NCBI RefSeq assembly: GCF_032191835.1
Contig: NC_083226.1
Span: 59,086,001-59,150,000, forward strand
DNA length: 64,000 bases
Reading direction: 5' to 3'
Source of the DNA: Heteronotia binoei
Lineage: Eukaryota
Of the stretch, positions 1-12,024 are shown one piece after another (positions within the stretch are counted from its first letter, which is position 1; each line of letters begins with the position of its first letter). The notes under the pieces are model-generated. The model was not told where the DNA came from. It saw only the letters and a program-made list of their open reading frames with translations, and made no database searches. Made by a program: the position numbers and the translations under genes.

Positions 1-2384
1 CATGCAATATGTTGGCCTTGCATGAGTGTGATCTGACTACTGCCAGTGGAATGCACTCTGCAATACAATGGAGGAAAGTGCTGTGCATGCTCAAGTAAAG
101 TATAAGATCTAAGCCTTTGTATTAACCTAGCCAGGAGATGGGAGTTTACTATTTTACGACTTGTATTTATGTTGTCAGTATATGATTTTGTGAGCTGCCT
201 TGAGCAAATCTCTGGAGAGGTGGCATTTAAATTTTCTAAATAAATAATCAGTCTTCTACCCATACAAATTTATAATTTGAGTGATGTGGCATTCCCTGTG
301 GGGCATTTCAACAGATAAAAATCCAATTAGGCAGAGTAAACTGAAAATAAATCTGGGCAGGTACCCTTCATGCTATGTTGCTTGTCATTGCTTTGGGTTT
401 CCTCATTATTAGGAGCTTCAGCCTTTAAAAAATTATGGCTATCTCATTAGGAAATAGTTCAGAATCACTATATTAACACAGTACTCAAAAGAAAACAATT
501 AACTGAACAATGATATCCACAGAGATTGCTTTATTTTTTCCTTTATCACCTTCTCTCTGTTTCTTAGTCATTTCTTTGCTATTGTAAGAGCAAGAGGTGA
601 CTTGAATATAGATGGGCTCAAATGAAGATGGTTACAACAGCGCTGCTTATTTCCATTTTTGTTATAGCTGTGGTCAAGTAATCACATACATGGTACCAAG
701 CCTAAAGTATATTAGTATACATAGGAATGAAGCCTGAATAGTCAACTCTATATTTATCGGTTTTCCTTTGTCTTTAAAATAATTAACATTTGGCAGAAGG
801 AGAACAAAATTTTTATCAAGTCAGCAGCTTTAATATCTCCCAACAAAGCAGAATCTCACTTCATAACTACCCCTGTGACCTCATACAATTAGTTACAAGA
901 GAAATAATGCTTTGTATTGGTTTAAATATTAAATCCCAATAATACAATCTGTTTTTTAAAAAGATACACAAAAGCAGCTAATTGAGTTGCTAAGAGATAG
1001 TTTAAGGAAGAGAAACGTTTTTTTGAAAAAAGGAATGACAAAAGAAATGCAGAATTGCCCTGACGATCTGAAATGTATTATACATCACAGAATTACGTTT
1101 ACATTGTTTGGAGTTAAAGTATATTCAGAGAGGTCAAAAATACTTTCATATCACATGAAAATTGATATAATACATATTGCTGTGATAAAATATGATTCTG
1201 ATAGCATGATTTGTCAAAACAGAGATACAATCTGATGGACAGTACTATAGCTTACACTGCAAATACATCATAAAGGAAAATAACCATGGTAGATTTAAAT
1301 ATTTGCATAAGCAGTTGCAAAATGCACCCTTTTTCTATTTCATCAAGAATTTGAACAGACATGTTCACCTGATTCAGCAATTCTGAGTAAACTGAATTTC
1401 CAAAGTACTGAACAATCAAGCCACAATTCTCAGAATCAATGGCAGCACCAACAAGAAATCTGCATTCATGACAAAATCAAGCCAATCAATTTGGAGGCAT
1501 ATGTTTTGTCAGCAAGGACTGGATGCTCAACCGACACTGAAAGATGAAGGAATTTCAGACCTCAAATGGCTGACATCTAACCTATTCTTTCTTCTATTTT
1601 ACCTTTTACCTTCCAGCTGACCTGATATCTGGATTAGCATTTTCTTTTATCATAAGTGTAGCAGCACTGCTGAAGACAAGTCACAAAAAAGGAAGATGCT
1701 GTGTAGAACATGCTGTCAGCATCTCAGACTGATCAACATTAATGCACACCATGGGGAAGCTTTTCTCAACTAGACTGACAAAAGCAAAGCACTTGCACAC
1801 AGAATTCAAAGTTTAATGAAAGAAACTTGGTAATTCTGATATTGCTCAGAACAAAAACAGTGTCTCTTTCACAAACCAGATAATAACCAAGGTCAGCTGG
1901 AGAATCAGATTTCTTTCAAGATCCAACGAGAATGCTCATATTAAAAAAGAGAGAGAGAGAGAGCAAAGCAGTTCGCTGTTGGTTCAGAAGGCCCAGAGGT
2001 GGTCTGTTTAGCTCTGCTTGCATTCATTCAATAAAGTGCAATGTTCTGTGCTAAAGCTAATTGCTGAGAAATCCAGCAAAGACTAGCTGGTTGCAGGATG
2101 AGCTTATATCCTCCATGTAGTATGTAAGCAACTACGTACTGTTCTGAGCTTCTTACAAGTTCCTTTTAATGCGTTTAGAAGGATTTAACAGACAAAAAAG
2201 GTAGAAATGTACTTTAAAAATTACATTATGTTGAAAGATTTTGATGCAGTTTATTTACAGCAGCAATGTTTCTGATGCTTACTCAAAATATCTTTGGTCC
2301 TTGTAAAATGTTCGTCTATATGCCAATGTATTTATATTGGCTTAAAGATATATTATTTTGAGAGGATGGTAAAAGCATGCTCAC

Positions 2385-2496
2385 CTTCGTCACTTGTTGC
2401 CTGCTGTTTAACCAATGTCATAGGAGATCTGGCAGGGGGTTTGCTTAGTGGATGTCGCCAGCTTTTAGATGCTTTTGATCGCTCTCCTTGATTTCT
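2385..2496 (-). CDS. KDM4C: KDM4C coding exon (equivalent to human exon 12), 112 nt, phase 0 to phase 1
   Basis: ctcttttag|AGA AAT CAA ... GAC GAA G|gtgagc. Encodes [37 protein letters not shown] versus human [30 protein letters not shown]. Confidence 0.96.
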
Positions 2497-4104
2497 CTAA
2501 AAGAGATAATTTAATTAAAATATTTCTATACTGCCTTTCCTTGCAAATGTGGGCTCAAGGCACTTAATAGCATAAATAAAAAGAGGCTGATAGCAACAAA
2601 ATTGATGCAACTAAAAAGCTTCAAAAGCCAAAAGACACAGTTGAAACATCAGCATAAAATGCCAACAGTACACAGCAATTGTACCATGATCATAAAAGTC
2701 CCCAAGATAAAAACAGAGAACTCAACGAAATAAAACTCCTTACAGGTTCTTCAAAAAACCACCAGGGAGGAGACAGTTCTCACTTCCACTAACAGACCAC
2801 TCCAGGGCATCAGCACAATCCCTGCAACGCTGTTGAACCCTCATCCAAAATTCCCTATGAAAAATGGCAATGAGGAGAGACTAGTACAATAAACAAAGCT
2901 GCCATACAGGTTCATAACATAGGCTTTGTTAATGTGCTTAGCAAATTGGGGGAGGGAGTATATACACATAAGGTTACTCCTGTAAAAAATGTTACATGCA
3001 TATACATGTTATCATTAAACAAGATGAATATTATTAAAATAAAATTGACTAGAATTAGAAGACAGTCAAGAAAGCATAATGAAAGTGACATTATTGCCAG
3101 AGAACAGAACACATCTTTATGACAAAAACCTTAAGTGCTAATGCAGCCAGGTGTTCCTCAAGAGAAAAAGACAGAAATTGCAGTTGTACAGGGGTTTTGA
3201 AGTAAAAGACACTTCTGATCAGCAGTGCTGAGAATCTCAGAATTCAGTTTTGTCACAAAACCATCAGGGCTCCAAGTCTCACTTGGGAATTGCTTTTCTT
3301 AAGCTGATTCTGTGGGACTTTGGCTTAGCATGGTTACTATCAGGCAGCCAGATGAGCAGTTTAAGTGGGAGTCCTGCTGTTCCTTTTCCCCATGTTTGGT
3401 ACTTCTGCCATTCCTGGTCCCCTCCAAAAAACAGGGAACACAAGAAAATCTCTTTTGTGGCTGATAAAATAATTTGGAATTCTTAGGGATGGTTTCATGG
3501 CCTTCTTTTTTCCTGTAGAGCATACTTTACTAAAACACTAGGCAATTGTGAGATTTTATAAGGATATATAGCACTTGAAATGGCCTTGACAGCTGACTGC
3601 ATACAAGAAACGCTGTTTAAGGCAATGGTCCTCAAACTTTGTGTCTGAAGATGCTGAAAACTTTTCTAGTGACCTGTGCGTTGATGCCATTCAGCAATGC
3701 CCTCTCCTAATGATACAAAACAAGTGGATAAAGTTTCCAACAGGCCTGAAGAAAAACACCCTGTCCTTTTAATAGAAGTGCATGTGGAAATGGACAGCTG
3801 AAGTGTCTCACAACATGGAGTTAAATAAGTCCATATCAGAGTGACATGGAGTTGGCAGCCCTACAAGAGAACCCTGAGTCAAGAAATGCCCATACTATTC
3901 CTTCATAGAGGCAACAGCGACTACTCAAAATTTAAATTAGTGAAGCAATTATTTTTCCAAATGCTTTCAAGATTACATCCCCCAGTGTTGAGGACTGAAT
4001 AAAGGCCTGCAATTTTTAAATTGGTATTTTTCCAGTAGACTCAAACTGAAATATACAGGTAAAAATACCAGCCTAATCCTGGGGTTAGCTTGGCTTCTCC
4101 TGCA

Positions 4105-4440
4105 GACTGGTTTAAACCAACCTTCAGGAGAAGGCACCACAGAGCTGCACCAGCAGGGAGCAATCAGTTTCCTGTGTGTCCAGGCAATTCCACTGGGCTG
4201 ACCTCTCCTGCCACCTGATTTAAACCAGGCAGCAACAGAAGGAAGCACGGAGCTGTACCTATAGGGAGCAATGAGCTCCCCATGATCACACCCATCTCAG
4301 CTGGGCTGCTCTCTCCTACCACCCAGTTTAAACTGGGTGACAAGAGAAGGCAGCACAGAGCTGCGCCTGCAGGGAGCTCTCAACTGCCCACCAGCCCAGC
4401 TGATCTTGGGCTCGCTTCTCTTGCAGTCCAGTTTAAACAG
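4105..4440. repeat. Diverged tandem repeat, unit ~108 bp, about 3 copies
   Basis: TTTAAAC recurs at 4111, 4219, 4327 and 4432. The first three are followed by AGAAGG(C/A)A(C/G)CAC(A/G)GAGCTG...AGGGAGC. Confidence 0.75.
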
Positions 4441-4614
4441 CTGATTTGTGGGCTGATGTCTGCAGACCCTTTGAAGTTTAAAGGGAATGCATAAGCCTGC
4501 CTAACAAACAACTGTTTTCAGATCTATTTGAAATTCCCAACTACATCTGGGATTTCCTTGGGATTCCCCCCTCCTGAGAAAACCCAGAAATATCTGGAAA
4601 GCAGAAATATACCC

Positions 4615-5763
4615 TGTTTTATGATCCTGGGCCTAGTGAGGCCTACAAGCTCCAAGGAAGCCAGTGTCAGAGTAGCTATGGGGCCTACATTTTCCATAAT
4701 TCCTTCTGTCCCTCTGATTGGGTGGGCGAACTAGCTCAGAGGAATGGGACTTGGGCAGAAACATAGAAAGGCTAGATACAGACAGTGTTCTCTCTGGGCA
4801 TGCTAAGCTGAGTAGAACCTGTAGCAGGAGGGATCCCTCATTCAAGGAGGGTGGTGTTGTCATTAGAGGAAGGAACATTTAGGTCAGGGGTGTTGAACTC
4901 ATTTGTTATAAGGGCCAGAGCTGATATAAATGAGACCTTGTCAGGCCAGACCATTTGTGTCATAAAACACAATGTCAAGTAGCAGAGATATAAACTTTAT
5001 AAAAGGCATAGATAAACACAATTAAAGATTTTTTAAAAAAAACTTAAAACATGCTTAAAACGTTAGCACTTGGTGCTTTATTTGTAACTTTCTCCTATGG
5101 GCTCCAGGGAACTGGGCAAAAGAAGCTCTGGCTCTTTCCTTCCTTCCCTGGGGGCCAGTAAGGAGAGCAGCCTCAGCCAATAAAAGGAAGAGAGGCTTGG
5201 CTGAGTAGCTCTGCTGTGCGATTGAGAGAGCCTGGCAAAGCAAGCTCTCCCTCCCCCACACTTCCCCCAAAGGAGGAGCCTCAGCCAGTGGAGGAAAATA
5301 GAGATTTTGTTCTATAGCTCCAATGTAATTAAGCAAGCCTGGCAAAGCAAGCCATGATGGAGAAGGAAGCAAGAGAGAGGGAGAAGGAAGTAGACAACAG
5401 TCAGTTGCTCAGATGCCTGATAGGAGCCCTCTGGGGGCCTGATTCGTCCCCCGAGCCACATGTTTGGCACCCCTGGTTTAGTTAATTGCATCAGGGCTTT
5501 TATTTCTTTGCACTACCTTTGTTGTTGTTATTCTCATATTCACTGTTACACAAGTTTTTACAACCCACTTTTTGTTTTGAGCAGTTACAATAAACTTATT
5601 GTTATACTGCTTAGATCCTCACGTCTCTTCATGAGGTCACAGGTAAGGTGTTTTGTTAAGTAGGAAGCCAGAGGTGGGTAGGTGCTCTGCACTCTCCAAG
5701 ACAGACCCTTACCAGAGTGGTGGCAGCCAGTAGAGGCCCTCCCTGGTCCCCTGCTGTGTGACA
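4615..5763 (+). mobile_element. Gypsy-type solo LTR (about 560 bp net) split by a hAT MITE
   Basis: Begins TGTT..ATGATCC, ends GTGACA. AATAAA near 5590. Flanks TACCC (4610-4614) and TACCA (5764-5768) match 4/5 as a TSD. Confidence 0.6.
4885..5475 (+). mobile_element. hAT (Charlie-like) non-autonomous DNA transposon
   Basis: TIRs CAGGGGTGTTGAAC / TTTGGCACCCCTG. 8-bp TSD ATTTAGGT / GTTTAGTT (6/8). A reverse 5' fragment of the same family lies at 8575-8648. Confidence 0.85.
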
Positions 5764-7331
5764 TACCAGAAAAATACCAACAAGGTATTTTTCAGGTTTA
5801 TTTTCATCTCGGGTAGATCCAAATATACATCCCTAGGAATCAGTCAGTTTTCTTCATTTAATACATGCTGAGATTCCTTTAACTGTAGCAAACTCTTCGA
5901 ATTTACTGATTCCTAGGATTTTGTATGAATGTCCAAACTCTGCTTATTACTGAAGGTGAAAAAATATCAGTGGATATTAGGTAATAGCTCCAAACTTCTG
6001 TTCCAACTGTTAAGTTGCCTATAAAGCTTGGAATTCATGAGACTGGCAGTGAGCAATATGAAATGGAATACTCTGTTAGTACCCTGGAGCTGTATCGCTT
6101 CCTGACACTGCTAGGTATAGCCAGTTGAGGAAACAGGATGTTGACCTAGAAGGATCATTGGTTTAATGCTGTGCAGCTGTTTTCATGATTTAAAAAATAG
6201 GATGGATTCATTACACAACAAAAGGTTGCTGTGCAGAATGACAAAGGGTTAGCTTTTTCAACAACATTCCTATAAATGCTTTTGTGCTACTACAAGACAG
6301 ACACAGCATGTAAACATATTGGCAAATATTTGAAAACCCACTTAGGAATATAGCTAAAAAGTACCCAAGCAAATGAATTAAACATAAGCTGCAATATACA
6401 ATCTCACCATTGAGAAGATGCTTATTAGCACTTTATATTAAAACAGAATGACCGGCTTTGGGACTGGTAAATCTCCTCTCTCTGTAAAACAATGATGAGC
6501 TTGCTATTTATGTCTGTAAAAGGGCAAGTGCTGTTTTATTCTTAGCTCAAACGTATATTTCCACTCTCCTAGGAACATCTGGCATCCAAAATGGGCTGTT
6601 CTCTGCGGGTGCCAGGAGCAGATAGAGCCTCCCAAGTTAGTGGATACAGCTATGCTATTATTTCCTGGCATCTCAGTCACATGAATATTTACAAGTTCAA
6701 TGGGAAGACATCAGAATTAGATGGCTTTTGTAAATGGGATGATACGAACAGCACTTCTATGCAGGATGGTGGCTAAGAGAGTGTAATGCACCAAAAACAG
6801 TCCTTAGGCCTTCTACTATCCTTTCAGCTTCAGCCAGCCACCCACACCATGAATTTAAATAATACTGCTCTGTCTCAACAAAAGCAATATATAGTTACGA
6901 TAAATGCTCAAAGGCACTGCAAAAATGTCATCTAATTATTTTGATGTAGTTTAATTTCTTCAGGTTGCTGTAGATAGTCCTCTCCAAATTAACACAAAGA
7001 ATGGGGGCATAATATACACACTGCACAGACAGGTCAGAGCTTTCTGTTAGGGAGTTTTTGGAGTATAGAAACCTTTCCTAGGACTCCCATTCCCACCGGG
7101 TTCAGTAAGGGGGTGAGGAATGACTGGCAAGAACCCCATAATTTGAAAGAGAGAGAAAAGCTGTTTCCAAAGTTTAAACCATTTATTAAAATTAAAACCA
7201 TAACACAAAAACCTTTCAAACATATAAGACCCAAACTGAAAAATATGGATTAAAAATATTGCACATCCTGTTAGAAGAATAGACTGGCAATGTCTCTTGC
7301 TCAGTTCTCCAAGACCATAAACACCATAGAG

Positions 7332-8085
7332 CAAAGGTGTCAAACATATGGCCCATGGGCCAGAACTGGCCCCCCAAGGTCTTTAATCCACCCCATGTGC
7401 AGAGTGCTCCCCACACAATCCCCCTTCCCATTAAAGATTTACTGCCAATTACTATTGGGGTCAGCAGTAAGATTGGCAGCTCCACATGACTGGCTTTTTC
7501 CAGGTGGCTGTGATCAGCTAGTTACTGTTTTCCCATGCAAATCCCACCCCCTTATTACTTGGATACTCCTCCCTCTCACCTTGCTACTGTGGGTCTGTGT
7601 GTGTGCGAAGCCAAGTTTGAGTTCAGCAGCACCTTAAGACCAACTAAGATTTTAAAAAGGTATAAGCTGGGTCTGCTTTCTCTTTCCCTCCTCCCGCACG
7701 TCTCTCTGTGTATGAAGCCAGGTTTGAGTTCAGTTGCATCTAAAAACTGATGGAGTTTTCTTTAAAATAGGAGCATGTCTGATTCCTCTTTCTCTCTCCC
7801 CCTCCCTTGCATCTTTGTGTGATTGAAGCCAAGTCTGAGTCCAGTTGCACCTTAAAACCAACAGAGTTTTCTTTAAGAGAGAAGCTGAGTCTGATTCCTT
7901 CCCCCCACCCTGCATTTCTGTGTGTGCGAAGCCAGTTTTGAGTCTAGTTGCACCTTAAAACTGACAGAGTTTTCTTTAAGATAGGAGCTGGGTCTGTTCC
8001 TCTTTCCCTCTCTCCCCCTCAAGTCTTTGTTTGATTGAAGCCAAATTTTAATCCAGTGGGTCTGTGTGTGTGCAAAGCAAGCCAC
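7332..8085 (+). mobile_element. hAT-type element 5' part with internal ~107-bp tandem array (7590-8083)
   Basis: Starts CAAAGGTGTCAAACATATGGCCC, the same head as 54589. GAAGCC-anchored units at 7607, 7714, 7825, 7928 and 8037. Right end not found. Confidence 0.6.
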
Positions 8086-8421
8086 TGAAGTGGACATTAG
8101 GCTGAGAGTGTTTGTGCAGACCAGGTTCACCCAGCACATTTCATTTTACAGACTTGGGATTTTGAAACTAAGCCTCCCAAATTGTAGGCTCATACTGACC
8201 AATATACATTGCTGTTTGCCTATTATTGCACTGCCTGTTAGGAGTTGTAGTTATTTTTCTGCAGCAGACTGTAGTTTTGTAGCCAACACTCCAGCTTAGT
8301 TTTGTAGACTCCTCACTCCAGGCAGCATGGGGGCATCAGCAACAAAATAGTGCAAGAAAGTTAATGTTTTAAGCATATTTATATTTTAAGTTAAAAAAAA
8401 AAAGGTTATGTTTGTGGGGGG

Positions 8422-8498
8422 AGGTAATTGTGAATTTCCTGCATTGTGCAGGGGGTTGGACTAGATGACCTTGGAGTCCCTTCCAACTCTATGATCTA
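8422..8498 (+). mobile_element. CR1 LINE 3' end fragment
   Basis: GTGAATTTCCTGCATTGTGCAGGGGGTTGGACTAGATGACC...CCCTTCCAACTCTATGAT is the typical CR1 terminus. Confidence 0.85.
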
Positions 8499-8720
8499 TA
8501 ACATATTTATTTGTGTTTGGTCTGTGTCTTTTATAAAGTTTTTATCTCCGCTACCTGGAATTACATTTTGGGACATACATGGCCTGGTCCAACAAGGTCT
8601 CATTTATATCAGATCTGGCCCTCATAACAAATGAGTTCAACATCTCTGCCACAGAATAAGCTAGATAGCTAGGACAATATCAGTTTCCTTTGTGTCTGCT
8701 CTGCTTTCATTCACTCTCTC

Positions 8721-9228
8721 TGATAAGTTGTGTCTCATTTTGTTATAGAATAGCTGGCTGTACAAAGCAGGGAATGCAGCTACACCACAAGGTCAGAAGT
8801 TTATGCAACAGGCAGGGTCAAAAGTTTATGTACAGGAAACACTGCCTAGCCATAAAAGGGTAGGACGAAACTTAGTCTATGCTGAAATGGGGAAATGAGA
8901 GTTAACTGATGAAACGGAAGTAGTGACCGTACAAGCGTCACGTATAGCTTAGGAAGATGGGGAGGGGGGAAAGGGGTGTGTGTGTTAGATTGAACGGGAT
9001 AGGGCAGGAAGATTGTGAGGCTGTTGACCGATTGGTCTACATAGTCAGGATAGGCGGGACAGGGGAAGTTTAATTTGAGCTGCACTCCAACACAGACTTC
9101 AGAAATTTGGGTGAGACTGCTTGCCTGATCTCTCCTTGATTTGCAAATCATGAAATAAAAGCTTGCTTCTTTGACCCACACGTCCAGAACTCCTTTCTTT
9201 CAAATGGATTGGCCTTCTGGCCGTAACA
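8721..9228 (+). mobile_element. Solo LTR, 508 bp
   Basis: TG(A)TA...GTAACA termini, 4-bp TSD TCTC (8717-8720 / 9229-9232), AATAAA near 9154, composition distinct from the flanks. Confidence 0.65.
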
Positions 9229-9670
9229 TCTCTACCCAAAAGAACGTAATCTCAGGGAACTTCCTCTTTGTTCTCCTACTTTTTGTTCTTCTTCCTTGCA
9301 TGCATCAGGAGGAACAGCATGGTGTCTCTGCTCCTGATCTCTACTAAGCAGATGGCCTACTATCAATACAAAGCCATCTGCAGTTAGTTAAAGTAGACGC
9401 TCTTTCTTTCCACTACACTTATATGTTATGTTTCTTTAAATAAATCCACCAGTATTGGTTTCTTAACTAAAGCAAAGGCTCTCTGTGTAATTTGTGAGAT
9501 AGTGTGGTAACCATTAGACTAGGCCACACTGCTGCGCTGAAGCTCAAAAGGAGCACTCTGTTAAGTGAAGGCAAGGACGGCTGCCTGACCTGACCAGCCA
9601 TCCTAAACCAGACCCAACACATCTCTACTTTCCTCTCAGACCTATTTGAAAACAAATAATTAACTTCATA

Positions 9671-9867
9671 CAGGGCTTTTTTGTAGAAAAGCCCAGCAGG
9701 AACTCATTTGCATATTAGGCCACACCCCTGGTGTCACCATTGTTTCACATGGGGCTTTTTTGTAGAAAAAGCCCTGTAGGAATTCATTTGCATAGTAGGC
9801 CACACCCTCTGGCACGAAGCCAGCCGGAACTCCATTCCTGTGTGTTCCTGCTCAAAAAAAAGCCCTG
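9671..9867 (+). mobile_element. hAT MITE family A (two-unit, octamer-bearing)
   Basis: TIR CAGGGCTTTTTT / AAAAAAGCCCTG, perfect 8-bp TSD ACTTCATA, ATTTGCAT at 9706 and 9786. Confidence 0.9.
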
Positions 9868-10093
9868 ACTTCATAGCTGTTGTGAGACTTGGGTGAGACA
9901 GAGTGTTAAGTATACGACACACAAAAGTGTTAAAAAGAGGAGGAAAATATTTAGATATAAGAATAAAACAAACAAAAACTGTCTAATGCCATACCAGGCA
10001 CTTTAAAAAACCAAGGTCTGTTCATAGAGTTTTGAACATATTCCAAGAAACAAACAAAAAAATGGAGTTTATCAAAAACAATGGATAGATATT

Positions 10094-10099
10094 TTTATT
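10094..10099 (-). terminator. Candidate intronic polyadenylation signal AATAAA downstream of the exon 11 donor
   Basis: Minus strand GAG GAG TG-AATAAA-AATATCTATCCATTGTTTTTGATAAACTCCA-TTTTTTTGTTTGTTTCTT: hexamer, CA dinucleotides, then a U/GU-rich tract. Confidence 0.35.
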
Positions 10100-10125
10100 C
10101 ACTCCTCCCCAAACCCTTCTCTTAC

Positions 10126-10442
10126 TAGTGATATTTCTCCAGGTTCCAGGCCACTTTCACTGCTTTCAAGGTCACTGATCTCATCTTCTTCTGTAGATAC
10201 ACTGATAGTTTCTTCTTTCTCCAAACTCTCAGCTTCAGAAGAAGCATACTCTACAGCCTGCCTTGAAGAAACTGAAGATTTTAAATCTCCTTCCTTATTA
10301 CAGCTAGCAGATGAAAGCAAGGCCAGTCCAGATTCCTCAGGACAGAACTGAACAAAGGCAGAGTTTTCTTTCTCTTCATCTTCAGTTTGTACTTTTTTCA
10401 TTACAGGATCATGGTTAGGATGTGTGCTTGAAGAGTTGTGAG
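10126..10442 (-). CDS. KDM4C: KDM4C coding exon (equivalent to human exon 11), 317 nt, phase 1 to phase 0
   Basis: ttgtcttgttag|CT CAC AAC ... ATA TCA CTA|gtaaga, inside ORF 10099..10476(-). Acidic Ser-rich linker ending ESGLEPGEISL (human NGLEPGEIP). Confidence 0.9.
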
Positions 10443-11358
10443 CTAACAAGACAAAATTCAAAGAGTGAAAAAACAATACTTGAGAACCACTGGTGAAATC
10501 TGGAATAAAAAAAACAGCTTTGGTAACTAAAGAATTGCAAATTATTTAGAGCTCAAATTCATCTAAACCAGCAGATGCTGTGCACTTTCCACCCATTTCA
10601 ATGGGATTTCTACACAGGCCTCCAAAATGAATAAAACACAGCTTCTATATACAATAGACTGATTTTCTGGTACTAAACAAGGAGGTATTTCCAACATAAC
10701 ATTTGGGGCTCATAGACAAAGTTTCTAAAGCAATTATCTGAGTACCTCTTTATGCAAACATTAAACTTCCCAGGAGAATGATCTTAGGTTTCTTTTAATG
10801 GATTTACCTCTAAAAGTCTGCATAGGTAACTAATCCTTATGAAACTTTCTCTCTTCTTTCTCTCTATATACGCTTCCAATTCTTTGTTTAAGCTCCAGCA
10901 TAATGTCCAGGTCATTGTGTTGCAGCAAAACTAGTGGTTTATACCAGAAGACTACTGTTAGCCATGAAGGTGTCACAAGGCTCTTCATTCTTAGCTTAAT
11001 ATTAGAATTAGTCCTGGCAACTGTTGCCAAATGAGCAGGAAAAGCCCATTGCCCATTGCATAGAGGTAAAAACTGACAAGAAAACCCTGCTGCTTGTGTC
11101 AGTCTCTGGGAGGGATGGAGTAGTACAGAGCATAGGTCAACTGTAAAACAGATGGGGGAAAGAATGGATGCTAAATACAGGAAACTTCTATAGAAGATAG
11201 CTGCCTCTATGGAGTAACTGGAAGGAATCCAGAAGGATACACATTTGTAGCTATTTTTAATAGCTGTCAGAAGTTGACAAAAATACTAAAATAGTGAGGC
11301 CTGCACTACTACACCTACATTACAACAGCATTATGCCATTGTTAATGTTTAGTCCTCA

Positions 11359-11630
11359 TAGGGATGCCAGTCCCCAGGTGGAGGCTGGAGATCCCCTGAT
11401 TTTGGGGCTTCCCCAAACACCACCCAGCTGGCCAGTGGGGGAACAACTGTCCACAACCCCGCTCGAAAAGAGCAGGTGCCATGCATGTCTGCCATGCAAG
11501 TGGCAAATTCATGACTTGCAGGGCAGGTGCTCAGGATGCCCACTCTTTTCAAGTGAGGGCCACGTGCATCTACCCTGCAAGCAGCGAATTTTCCACTTGC
11601 AGGGCAGACTTCCACTTTCTTCCCAATCAT
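11359..11630 (+). mobile_element. Fragment of TAGGG(A/T)TGCCA-terminated non-autonomous DNA transposon
   Basis: Starts TAGGGATGCCAGTCCCCAGGTGG, same terminus class as 41012, 60651 and 61455. Right end unclear. Confidence 0.5.
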
Positions 11631-11684
11631 TTAAAGGGAAGGTTCACTTTAAATGAACAATGTCTTTACATTCTAATAGGCTTA

Positions 11685-11870
11685 GAGGGCTTTTGTTGTA
11701 GCAGGAACTCCTTTACATTTTAGGCCATACCCCCCTTCCCTGATGTAGCCAATCCTCCAAGAGCTTACAGTAGGCCCTGTGTAAGAGCCCTTTAAGCTCT
11801 TGGAGGATCGGCTACATCAGAAGTGTGTGTCCTAATATGCAAAGGAGTTCCTGGTACAGAAAAAGTCCTG
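11685..11870. mobile_element. Palindromic hAT MITE family B
   Basis: Long inverted arms GCAGGAACTCCTTT...GATGTAGCCAATCCTCCAAGAGCTTA / TAAGCTCTTGGAGGATCGGCTACATC...AAAGGAGTTCC. GGCTTA on both flanks. Confidence 0.85.
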
Positions 11871-12024
11871 GGCTTATGGGTGTATTAACACCATAGTACA
11901 ATGTAGGAGACATTCTTTGGTTACATGAATCAACTCATAATATGGAGATTGTCACACAGATTTATAGAATCACACAGTATCAATTACTTATGAATTCTAC
12001 AGGAAATAATATCATTTTCCTCAC

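Larger units (their letters stand above)
3990..5835. mobile_element. Old non-autonomous element with internal ~108-bp tandem repeats; host of a nested LTR and MITE
   Basis: Repeated AAAAATACC/GGTATTTT motifs at both ends. Right end ...ATACATCCCTA at 5835. The sequence rejoins across the LTR insertion (TACCC|...|TACCA GAAAAATACC). Left boundary approximate. Confidence 0.45.

Noticed and set aside
1-2384. Next KDM4C exon ([21 protein letters not shown]-like)
   Set aside because: No matching frame seen by eye; presumably beyond position 1.
7590-8083. Regularly spaced repeats as a CRISPR-like array
   Set aside because: Vertebrate DNA; whole units are homologous with no unique spacers.
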